Source: Obrimoposthia wandeli (Eukaryota). Taken from it: DNA of 64,000 bases. The DNA is taken from assembly GCA_977020255.1 (NCBI GenBank), contig CDROCS010000506.1, positions 1,116,001 through 1,180,000 on the forward strand, written 5' to 3'. A program made the translations under genes and the position numbers. Shown here piece after piece: positions 21,467 to 30,482 of the stretch (position 1 is the first letter of the stretch; every line of letters starts with the position of its first letter). The notes below the pieces were generated by a model that worked only from the letters and a program-made list of their open reading frames with translations, made no database searches and had not been told where the DNA came from.

Positions 21467-22126
21467 CTATAGCGAATAAATATAATCTAAGACTTCGTGT
21501 TTTTCGGCCTTATACGATATTTCTTCCAGCTCTGGATATCAAGACTGTCAGCGTGCAGTATCAATGATAGTTGCATTTTTAATGCAAGTGTCGTCGTAAT
21601 TGTATCGGAAGTGCTATGCGCATTGGTGGGACTGACGCGTGACTAACTCACCTTGCCCATTTTCAATAATATCAAACAAGAATACCGGTGTTATAAAGTC
21701 GTATATTTCTTATTACGGTATAATAATACATAAAAGTACTATTTACAGAGTAAAGTCAGTTCACCACAGTTAAGCATCTTTCATTTTATCGTAAAAATCG
21801 CGCTTCGCCAGGCGCCAGATCCGAATATGTCATCACCTTGAACTGGAACGCTAACTTTGCTGTTAAGCGATTGACTTATGAACTCCACAAATAGCCATTA
21901 CGCGATCGGCTGCTGTGCCGATGAATCCCACACGTTCAATGGTTTCGACTATCGACCCTAATTCAGGTTCGACAGATTCATCAGTGACACTACCACGGCG
22001 TTTAATTAAGCCCTGCCCTTCGCCCTGCCAACCTGTGATTGATTCATTGTCGGTATTCACTTTAAAACTAAATTTGTTTAAGCGATTAAGCAGAAACCAT
22101 AATTGCGTTAATGTTTGCACTGTCAT
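21467..22126 (-). pseudogene. Degraded DUF6314-like gene
   Basis: Clean N-terminus (QLWFLLNRLNKFSF...TGWQGEGQGLIK); C-terminal family-like pieces in shifting frames (TPVFLFDII...HQC; KHEVLDYIYSL*); multiple stops in between. Confidence 0.6.
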
Positions 22127-22138
22127 CTCCTTAAATAT

Positions 22139-22201
22139 TTTTTCATACAAGCTAAATTATTTTTCATATAAACTAAATTCTTTTTCATATAAGCCAAATA
22201 C
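22139..22201. repeat. Three 21-bp tandem repeats
   Basis: TTTTTCATACAAGCTAAATTA / TTTTTCATATAAACTAAATTC / TTTTTCATATAAGCCAAATAC. Confidence 0.85.
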
Positions 22202-22356
22202 TATTTATCACTATTTTGTTCATGCATTATGCCGCGTTATACCGATTACTAATACTCGCTTGTTGATTACCAATAGCCCCTTGTCGATAGACAAAAACTC
22301 CCGCACAATAGCTACATACGATTTATTATCATTTATTAACAGTTAGGACTCATTCC

Positions 22357-22865
22357 ATGCAAACTTTAAAGTCTGGTGATAAAGCACCATCGTTTACTCT
22401 GCTCAATCAACATAATGAAAGCGTTTCACTTGATTCATTCGCAGGCAAAAAAGTCTTAGCTTATTTCTATCCAAAAAGTGACACTCCCGGGTGTGCACTC
22501 CAAAAAGCACAAAACGCATAGATAATATCACAGCACTGGCTGAGCTAAATGTAGAAGTAATTGGCCTTAGCCCTGATGAAGTGGTTCGCCTAACTAAATT
22601 TTCTGACCGTGATGAATTAAATTTTAGCCTACTTTCAGACCCTGATCATGCTGTCGCAGATGCTTTTGGTATCTGGGGCTTGAAAAAATTCATGGGCAAA
22701 GAGTACGACGGCATCCACCGCCTGTCTTTCTTAATCGATGAACAAGGTGTTATTGAGCACGTATTTACTTCTGCATCGCTAAAAGCAGTGCCACTAGAAG
22801 GCGAATACAGCAAGTTTAAGACTAAAGACCATCACCAAGTAGTATTGGATTATTTAGTTTTGTAG
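22357..22865 (+). pseudogene. bcp: Frameshifted thioredoxin-dependent peroxiredoxin Bcp
   Basis: ATG 22357 reads MQTLKSGDKAPSFTL...YFYPKSDTPGC then stops (TAG 22519-22521). The C-terminal part (LNFSLLSDPDH...KFMGKEYDGIHRLSFLID) is in another frame. Confidence 0.85.
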
Positions 22866-22881
22866 ATTGTTAGAACAATAT

Positions 22882-22931
22882 AAAGCCAACAAGATTTGAG
22901 TATTTAAGACTCGGGTTTGTTGGCTTTTTTT
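22882..22931 (+). terminator. Terminator after bcp
   Basis: AAAGCCAACAA...TTGTTGGCTTT followed by a T run. Confidence 0.7.
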
Positions 22932-22950
22932 GGTTTTGAAATAGTCATTA

Positions 22951-22968
22951 GAGCTGGGGGGAGTTGAA
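22951..22968 (-). other. att-like fragment resembling the tmRNA 3' end (T-arm/acceptor stem)
   Basis: Minus strand TTCAACTCCCCCCAGCTC; gammaproteobacterial ssrA ends ...GGTTCAA(A/C)TCCC(C/G)CCAGCTCCACCA. The CACCA and the rest of ssrA are absent. Confidence 0.6.
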
Positions 22969-23204
22969 GCTCGATTGAATCCAGTCATATAAGCATGTTT
23001 GAAATGCAATTTTGTCCTTTCTTATCTAATCAATTACTTATCATATCTAAGTACAGCCGCCATTCTGTAGCCATTTACGTTATAATATTTTGATTGTTCG
23101 ACGGTTATTTTAAATGATGTGTGTATTTACACGGTTATTTTAAATGAGAGTGGTAATAATAAGATATTTATGTTGATTGTTAATTTGAGATATTTTATCC
23201 GGGA

Positions 23205-23615
23205 TTGTTTATTCTTACTGCTATGTTAATTCTTAAATCCATAGATGTGGCTTCATTCATAGCATTATTTAGTGGTTGGTTTTTAGTGTTTACAATGTTC
23301 TATTTTGAACCTAGCACAATAAAAAATATAGCTATATGGAAGCTGAAAATTGAACGTGATGTGACTGCAGCTGAGGATATTAAACTTAAAGTAACAACTA
23401 TAGCTGATGAGCTTCGAGATATTACAAAACTGATTATAGAAGATACTTATATAGCAGCATCATCAAGCATGTTAGCTACGGGTGATAGCCCTGCTAAATC
23501 GAGATTAGAGACGAATCTTGATTTGTTATCAAAATTTGCAGAACCGGATGAAGAAAAATCAAAAGTTTGGTGGGCTGAGTTGGAAAAACTTTTTGAAGAG
23601 CGTCAGGGAACTTAA
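23205..23615 (+). CDS. Hypothetical membrane-anchored protein (possible 5' frameshift from ATG 23170)
   Basis: 136-aa ORF with hydrophobic N-terminus; adding one T in AATTTGAG would give MLIVNFEIFYPGLFIL... Confidence 0.6.
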   Translation: MFILTAMLILKSIDVASFIALFSGWFLVFTMFYFEPSTIKNIAIWKLKIERDVTAAEDIKLKVTTIADELRDITKLIIEDTYIAASSSMLATGDSPAKSRLETNLDLLSKFAEPDEEKSKVWWAELEKLFEERQGT

Positions 23616-23938
23616 CAAGTCAATAAGCATAAGCTAATAATAGATTATTCATGCCGCCATTTCGCCGCCATTGATTTTATTTATTAGTAGCATAATCGCC
23701 TGATCTTTAGCTTCTTTCTGCGCTTGGGTAAAGGGGTATGCTGACCTCGATAAAAAGGGGGGGCTGACCCCGAAATAAAGAAGTGTAGCGACCCCATTAT
23801 GTTATTTTCTATGATTCGCAGTTTCGTAAAAGCGTAAAGCTGCCTAACATAGGCAGTCCTTATGATTGCTGTTTGTTGTGAGTTAACAAGAACCTTAATT
23901 AAAGGGGATATTACTATTATTAATAAAAAGGGTTTAAT

Positions 23939-24757
23939 GTGGAACTTGATGATTTAAGAAGAAAAGTTAAAATCTGGCATTTGAAGTCTTATCGTATTTT
24001 TCTCAGTTTTGTAGGGATTTCAAAAGATAAGACATCAAGGAATCTATTTCGACTATTTCAAATTGCAATGTATGCCGTTGTAATAGTGTTTGTCACGAAT
24101 TGTTTCTCATTCTTTGATAAAGCTGGACGAGGATTTGGAGCCTTTGGTGATTACTTTGGCGGGATGCTTAATCCAATACTAACGTTCTTAACGTTTATGG
24201 GATTACTTATCACAATTATGCTGCAGCAAAAAGAACTTGGATTAACTCGGCAAGAATTGAAGAACTCATCAAGTGCGCTTACGGAGCAAGCTGAGACGCA
24301 GAGAAAACAACGTTTTGAGAATACCTTTTTTGCTTTAGTTGATAATCAAAATAAAACATTTGAGACAATTAATAAGCCGATCCTAAATGGAAATGGTGCA
24401 GTCATGGGCTATAAATTTGATAAATACCTTATAAATTGTCATGACCTACCTACAAGAAAAACTGCTACAAAAAAGCTCGTTGCTCATTACTATCAAGGTG
24501 CTTATCAAATATTGCGATATGTAAATCGTGAATATGAAGATATTCATAATAGCAATGAAAGTGTTAGTTCCCCCGTGTCTATTGAGGAAAACTTTTACGT
24601 TACTACTCTTCGTTCTACTATGCCAATTCAAGTGATTGAATTAATGAGAATATTTTATGAAGGCGATAGTAATATAAAAGGTGACTGTGAGGATGCAACT
24701 ATTAAAATGCTTATAGAACGATATAAGTTTTTTACTTCGCCAGGGGGTTCAACCTAA
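23939..24757 (+). CDS. Putative phage abortive-infection protein (putAbiC-like)
   Basis: GAFGDYFGGMLNPILTFLTF...LQQKELGLTRQEL...QRFENTFFAL pattern; two TM segments plus a coiled coil; next to the integrase. Confidence 0.65.
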   Translation: MELDDLRRKVKIWHLKSYRIFLSFVGISKDKTSRNLFRLFQIAMYAVVIVFVTNCFSFFDKAGRGFGAFGDYFGGMLNPILTFLTFMGLLITIMLQQKELGLTRQELKNSSSALTEQAETQRKQRFENTFFALVDNQNKTFETINKPILNGNGAVMGYKFDKYLINCHDLPTRKTATKKLVAHYYQGAYQILRYVNREYEDIHNSNESVSSPVSIEENFYVTTLRSTMPIQVIELMRIFYEGDSNIKGDCEDATIKMLIERYKFFTSPGGST

Positions 24758-25202
24758 CCGCATCCTCTAAATGCTCTGGTGCAAAATGCGAATACTTCAT
24801 GGTATCTACAATAGATGCGTGACCAAGTATTCGCTGCAGCACCAGAATGTTCCCACCATTCATCATAAAGTGACTCGCAAAGGTATGGCGTAATACATGG
24901 CTCATTTGCCCTTTGGGTAAATTAATGCCCGTCCTATCTACCGCATGACGAAAAGCTTTGATACTGCTACCAAATAAGTGACCGGTCTTTTTAGGCATTC
25001 GTCCCGCTAATTCTACAGATATAGGGATACTGCGCGGTTTATTACCTTTGGTATTAACGAACGTTACTTTATTATTATTTACATGTTCACCGCGTAAATT
25101 TTCTGCTTCACCCCAACGACAACCCGTACTTAAACAAATTTCTGCAATCCGTTGTACGTCTTTCTTACCCCCTTTCCCCGCTTCGAGTAAAGGGCCCGGC
25201 AC
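24732..25202 (-). pseudogene. int: 5'-truncated tyrosine integrase, phage 186/HP1 type
   Basis: ICLSTGCRWGEA (R), HVLRHTFASHFMMNGGNILVLQRILGH, TMKY, ends LNPLAK; the N-terminal domains are missing. Confidence 0.88.
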
Positions 25203-25210
25203 ACAGATTT

Positions 25211-25558
25211 TTATGTTTGTGGCGTTATCAATGGTAGGTTATTCATTATCATCCAATTATCAATACCGTGCATAGTGATAGCGATTAATAACTGCCCATC
25301 CTCTGCTTTTTTTAACTGGATGGTATATGAACTCAAACCAGCTAGTTTTACTTTTTCAAGGTCAATATATTCAGGGGTACAAGGGCAACGATGACACACA
25401 AAGCGACAAACGGTTCTAACATCACAAGTCGCTGCTTCTTTAATATCGTTAATTAAATTGTGAGAGCATAAATACTTAAAATTTATAACTCTTGTTGGTA
25501 ATGATTTATCCATGCTCATCCCCTTTATAACACCGAGAACAGCTAAGAATATATTCAT
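25211..25558 (-). CDS. Hypothetical Cys-containing protein
   Basis: 115-aa ORF (likely start MSMDKSL); no recognised motif. Confidence 0.45.
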   Translation of the reverse strand: MNIFLAVLGVIKGMSMDKSLPTRVINFKYLCSHNLINDIKEAATCDVRTVCRFVCHRCPCTPEYIDLEKVKLAGLSSYTIQLKKAEDGQLLIAITMHGIDNWMIMNNLPLITPQT

Positions 25559-25834
25559 TCATACGATTAAAGAAAGAAACATCACCACCAAGTAGGTACC
25601 ACCCGCGCTGACACTAAGGTGATAAATCATACTTTTGCGTGCTACATGGCATAATGTATATTTCGAAATGTGACGATTACCCCCATTTGTAGTGCATGAA
25701 TATACCGAATATCTCAGCACCTCTCATCGCAAGTGACAAAGGCTATACACCACGAAATAAATGTTCCCTATATCCTCATAGAAAATAAAATCAACGACTC
25801 ATGATGAAATAACCTCATATTTAACCGCGCTTAT

Positions 25835-25857
25835 AAGTTGTATATAAAATACAAGTT
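25835..25857. promoter_or_regulatory. NsrR-type operator
   Basis: AAGTTGTAT-ATAAA-ATACAAGTT, an 9-5-9 inverted repeat with one mismatch, resembling the NsrR consensus gATGyAT-N5-ATrCATc. Confidence 0.7.
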
Positions 25858-26022
25858 ATGTAATATGCACCTCATATTCAGTATGAATAATAGAAGCTTG
25901 CCTAACGAATCAAATATAGTTCAGCCAGCTGCGAAAGTGAATAAGCAAAATATCTTGCATGACACACCGCCGAAATTATTATCACTGCCCCACCCTATAA
26001 CGTACTTATAACGGAATTTATT

Positions 26023-27201
26023 ATGCACTCACTGTTTCTAAGAATGAGACTGATTCATTGGCTAGGCGCTATTGCATTATTTATTAATGCGCTCTTTTTT
26101 ACTGAGCAACTGTATTCGCAAATATTACAATATGTTGTTGTTTTCTTACTTATCATTCACGATCTTGATGAGAAATTCTGGGGGGTAGATTCCCTGCATA
26201 AAATTACTGATTACATGCGCGCATTTGAACAAAAAGATCTGTCGGTCGAATGTCAGGTCAACAGTGAATACAACAGTGAAATGGGCAAAGTATTAAGCGT
26301 TATTAACTCATTTAGACTCAATGTAAAAAATGCCTTAATAGACATTCAAACTCAAGCTATTGCCTCAGATGAAATTGCAAATACCCTGACGTCAAAAACC
26401 AGCGATATTGCACAGCGTATTCAAACGCAAGATCAACGCGTTGATAATATCGCCCACCAGTTTGAAATATTAGATGAACATTCTTTAACATTACAAACCA
26501 AAGCAGAACAAACGCAGGTACAGGTTCGTAATACGCGAGAAGGATTGCAGCTATCAAATGAAGCCATGAGCAATATGGCTGATATGATAGAAACATATGT
26601 CAGTAGCAGTGAAAATCTGAGCGGTAAGTTTGAATTATTATCAGAGCAAGTAAACTCTATTGGTGGCGTTGTATCAGTGATAAACAATTTGGCCGATCAG
26701 ACTAACTTGCTGGCATTAAATGCCGCCATTGAAGCCGCTAGAGCCGGAGAGCACGGTCGTGGTTTTGCCGTCGTGGCAGACGAAGTGAGACAACTTGCCA
26801 TGTCAACTCAAAGCAGCTTAGATCAAATAAATCAGATAATTGACGGTATTTCGACGGCGGTATTGCAAGCTGGCGAGCAGATAGAAGTGCAATCAAACAA
26901 CCTGAGCAACCTTTCATCTCACTCGAAAAACAGTCAAGCAGAAATCAATACAGCCTGTGATAACATTGACAGCATATTGAATTTAATTGGCCAAGAAGAG
27001 CGCCGAGGTCAGGTTACAGAGAATGTTGATATCCGTTATATTCACAAACTTGTGGTTGATGTTTCTCATGAAATACAGACATTAAAAACCTTGTCCAATT
27101 CAAATGCCGATGATTGTAACGAGCTGCAAACCCAAAGTAAGCGTCTTAATGAAGTATCTGATAATATTGTCAATCAATTAGCTGCGTTTAAAACCCAATA
27201 A
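26023..27201 (+). CDS. Short methyl-accepting chemotaxis protein without a periplasmic domain
   Basis: [36 protein letters not shown]; two adjacent N-terminal TM segments. Confidence 0.9.
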   Translation: MHSLFLRMRLIHWLGAIALFINALFFTEQLYSQILQYVVVFLLIIHDLDEKFWGVDSLHKITDYMRAFEQKDLSVECQVNSEYNSEMGKVLSVINSFRLNVKNALIDIQTQAIASDEIANTLTSKTSDIAQRIQTQDQRVDNIAHQFEILDEHSLTLQTKAEQTQVQVRNTREGLQLSNEAMSNMADMIETYVSSSENLSGKFELLSEQVNSIGGVVSVINNLADQTNLLALNAAIEAARAGEHGRGFAVVADEVRQLAMSTQSSLDQINQIIDGISTAVLQAGEQIEVQSNNLSNLSSHSKNSQAEINTACDNIDSILNLIGQEERRGQVTENVDIRYIHKLVVDVSHEIQTLKTLSNSNADDCNELQTQSKRLNEVSDNIVNQLAAFKTQ

Positions 27202-27212
27202 GGATAATCACC

Positions 27213-27635
27213 ATGAGGCTTACTACCTTTACCGACCTAGGCCTGCGCACTCTGATGTACCTTGCCGATTTACCACCAGGTCAACTGAGTAGTGTGCCGG
27301 AAATATCAACGTTACATAATATTTCCCAGAATCACATGGTCAAAGTCTCGGCTAAATTAAAACAATACGGGTATATAATCGCGATTAGGGGAAAGAATGG
27401 TGGTATTGCACTTTCTCGACCACAAGATGAAATTAATATAGGCCAGGTGATTAGGGATTTAGAAAATCACCTCGATGGCATAGACTGCAATACATCTAAT
27501 TGCCGATTACTTCCATCTTGTGAATTAAAGAAAGCATTGTCAAAATCGATGGATGCTTTTTTAAGTGTGATGGACAGTTATCACCTAAATGATTTGGTTG
27601 CCAACAAACAAAGTTTTATCAACAACCTTCTGTAG
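27213..27635 (+). CDS. nsrR: Rrf2-family NO-sensing repressor, NsrR-like
   Basis: MRLTTFTDLGLRTLMYLA...NHMVKV...RGKNGGI; three Cys (C-x4-C-x5-C) as in E. coli NsrR; may be a paralog. Confidence 0.82.
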   Translation: MRLTTFTDLGLRTLMYLADLPPGQLSSVPEISTLHNISQNHMVKVSAKLKQYGYIIAIRGKNGGIALSRPQDEINIGQVIRDLENHLDGIDCNTSNCRLLPSCELKKALSKSMDAFLSVMDSYHLNDLVANKQSFINNLL

Positions 27636-28218
27636 TATAACTAATGACGGGTGGTGATAGTAACTGCCACTCTTCGTTATATTCTATATCTGGCTGAGTA
27701 TACGTCACCGCACATTTGATCGGTACCGGTGCTGAAACATCCTCAATAATAGTTTTGTCTTTTTTAGGATTATCCCAACTACTTCCTATTGAATCGCCCC
27801 CCTCAAGTATGACTCTTAATTGGAATGTGCCACGTTGTCGATCACAATCGAGATTCAACTCATCGTCTTGATTTCCCACATCAGGAATAAAACAGATATT
27901 CGTATTAAGCCAATAAGTAAAATGTCTTGATAGATAGATGTAAGGGTATCCAAACATTATTTCTGGTTTAGATGGGACAATTTCTTCATCATACATATAA
28001 TGATGATCGCCATCTTTACCTTTCAGTACCGAGTGCAAATAAGCAATATCTTTTATCTCGGTCAATGCCCCTGCAATACTTTTTAACCGACTAATTCTCG
28101 CATCCTTACTGAAATTCAATATCACCGGTACCGCAGTGGCAGCAATAATTGCCAATATGATGATGACATTAATCAACTCAACCAAAGTAAAACCTTGGTT
28201 TTTAATATATTTATTCAA
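27619..28218 (-). CDS. Type IV (MshA-like) prepilin
   Basis: QG/FTLVELINVIIILAIIAATAVP cleavage-methylation motif. Confidence 0.85.
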   Translation of the reverse strand: MNKYIKNQGFTLVELINVIIILAIIAATAVPVILNFSKDARISRLKSIAGALTEIKDIAYLHSVLKGKDGDHHYMYDEEIVPSKPEIMFGYPYIYLSRHFTYWLNTNICFIPDVGNQDDELNLDCDRQRGTFQLRVILEGGDSIGSSWDNPKKDKTIIEDVSAPVPIKCAVTYTQPDIEYNEEWQLLSPPVISYTTEGC

Positions 28219-28605
28219 AACATCAAACTCTATTAATTTTTATATCTATGACCTCACTAATGCGTTACCACAGAAGGTAAATCATCAGTTAATACGCCTA
28301 TGGTAATGATATGTAAAAAACAGTACATAATATAACGTTAATAGTTTAATGATATTTGAGTCACAGCAAGACAGTGCTTATGACATGAGTTATAGGCTGC
28401 GCATATATGAAAATAGAGTGACTCATTTTCGGACACAAAATTGTAAATATCTTCTACGAGTAAAGGCTTGTGCCGTTTTAATATTTCCATCAATGATAAA
28501 ATTTATGCGTTAGTTATCAAAAGTGATTGATAAATGAGTTATTACCGAGCGTACATGCTAATAACTATAAAGTATTATTATATATATTTATTAACCTTGG
28601 ATTTT

Positions 28606-29052
28606 ATGATGAATTACCATGAAATTTTTAATGACAGTTATGAACGTTGTAATCGAAACCCTCAATTTTTTCATCTTTTTTATGATATTTTCCGAGGTAA
28701 AGGTGAGAAATACCGTCAAGTACTCGACCGTATCGAGAATATCGACAATATCGACAATCAAATTCAAATGTTAAACGCTTCTATCATTCTTATTTTTATG
28801 GCTCCCACATCCGAACAAGCCAGAATGTCAGTCAGGCAGTTTGGTAAACGCCATGGGCCTAAAGGCATCGGTGTCGATATAGAAGATTATGATGTTTGGT
28901 TTGAAAGTCTGCTTGAAGCTGTTAAATTATGCGACTCTGAATATAGCGAGCAGACCGAAAAAGTCTGGACGCAGTGTTTTGCGTTAGGCATGAAGATCAT
29001 GAAAGAGGAATTCTTCCCCGTCGAAGACATCAATAATACCTATTCTATTTAA
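28606..29052 (+). CDS. Single-domain globin-like protein
   Basis: FFHLFYDIF...QIQML...FGKRHGPKGIGV..EDYDVWFESLLEAV...W globin pattern with a proximal His; start likely ATG 28606. Confidence 0.75.
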   Translation: MMNYHEIFNDSYERCNRNPQFFHLFYDIFRGKGEKYRQVLDRIENIDNIDNQIQMLNASIILIFMAPTSEQARMSVRQFGKRHGPKGIGVDIEDYDVWFESLLEAVKLCDSEYSEQTEKVWTQCFALGMKIMKEEFFPVEDINNTYSI

Positions 29053-29274
29053 GACACACATAATCTGAATACCGACTTTATCAGTTCGGCTATCGACCAA
29101 TTGATCAACCGATAAAGTTTCACTAACCTCGCTTAAAACACCAACCAACAGCCCTTAAATAATCATTAACACAAACTCTGTGTACAAACGCTTACAAACC
29201 AGCATGAACGAAGATCACGCCCAAATAGTCTATTAAATTATAATTAATATAATACATAGCTTAAGGGATTTAAG

Positions 29275-30482
29275 ATGAAAACAGGACTGACGTTACTCGC
29301 GCTATCATCTAGTTTGATTATTGGCTGCCAGGACTCAACCGCACCAACCGCCAACATTGACATCGCATTCGAAAACATTGCGACAGACGCTGACAAGATC
29401 GCATTTTCTCAGTTTAGAAAGACCATGACTTGGCTTGAACAAGATAAAATATGGCCCGGTTTTAATTATCACAAAATGCCAATATACCTGCTTAAATACG
29501 CCGAAAATGGCAAGAAAATTAAAGGTGCTTACCTGCTTAATAGCCAAGCTAAACACAGTGATGCAGTCGATATTGAAACCGATGGGGTATTGAAAGTTGA
29601 GTTATACAACAACACTACCGCGGTTAAAAAGCCCATAACGCGCTTGGTAACTCAGCTTATACCTTAAACTACAAGACCGATGGTCAAGACTATTACCTGC
29701 ACAAATATCAACAAGGGGCTGTATCAAATGAACGCGGTGAAGCGCAGCCTTATTTAATTACGTTTGCAACCCATGAAGCTTTCCATCAATATCAGAACAA
29801 ATGGGCTTATGGTAACGGTATCCAAGATTTATTTAACGCCTCATCAAAGGGTAAACAGTGTAACGACCGTTATCCTCTCACTGAACAAGAAATAACAACC
29901 CAATTACTGCAAGCTGAAATATTCAAAGACTTACCTAATGACTCGCTGACGACTAAGCAGGCAGAAGTATTACTCAAAAACTATGTTGCTCTGCAGCACC
30001 ATAGAATGGTAAATGATAAATCGCACCAGCAGTACGTCAACAGAATGGGGACATGGCAAGAACGTGCAGAAGGTACAGCACGTTATATCGGCGTACTAAC
30101 GCAGAAAGAATTATTTAAAAATAATGTTAAATTTAACACACCCACATTCTTTGCAAATTATATGACTAGCGCTTATCAAGATGTACCGTCAGCTTATCAT
30201 GAGATGAAGCTAAGAGAGACGTTTGCCTGGGGTTACTTCTATGGTAGTGGTGCTTCAGCTGTTTGGTTAATGGCAAAGATAGGTTACGATATTACCCAAC
30301 TGCAAACATCCGTTACCCCCTACTCTGAAGCATTGGTGCGACTAAAATCCAAAGAGCCAGCTCTCGATTTAAACCAAGCCTACTTTGAGTTAATCAATAG
30401 TAATGAATATAACGCTATGTATGAAAAAGCGAAAACAAGGGCTGAATTAATACTAACTAAAACATCAATGATATGTAATTAA
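29275..30482 (+). pseudogene. Frameshifted lipoprotein with HExxH motif (putative zinc metallopeptidase)
   Basis: Lipobox LIIGC. One extra A in the A5 run at 29626-29630 joins the 29275 ORF to an open frame containing THEAFHQ (29772-29786) and EGTARY, running to 30482. Confidence 0.78.

Larger units (their letters stand above)
22951..25202. mobile_element. Remnant of a P2/186-type prophage or island end (att fragment, cargo genes, truncated integrase)
   Basis: Integrase points toward the att-like fragment; AT-rich cargo; two GCCGCCATT..GCCATT motifs. Confidence 0.65.

Noticed and set aside
22139-22201. Possible CRISPR array
   Set aside because: Repeats are contiguous with no spacers and there are no cas genes.
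21915-22346. 143-aa plus-strand ORF
   Set aside because: Antisense to the DUF6314 remnant and runs through the 21-bp repeats; no protein features.
22951-22968. tRNA or tmRNA gene
   Set aside because: Only 18 nt of similarity; no 5' part and no CCA end.
23609-23900. Integron attC sites (ACTTAAC at the gene stop; GCCTAAC near 23842)
   Set aside because: RYYYAAC inverse cores are present, but no matching GTTRRRY or long imperfect palindrome within attC distance, and the integrase is phage-type rather than IntI.
25900-25990. c-di-GMP-I riboswitch in the MCP leader (GCGAAAGT...GCAAAA)
   Set aside because: The conserved upstream GnCAAA element and P1/P2 pairing are not present.
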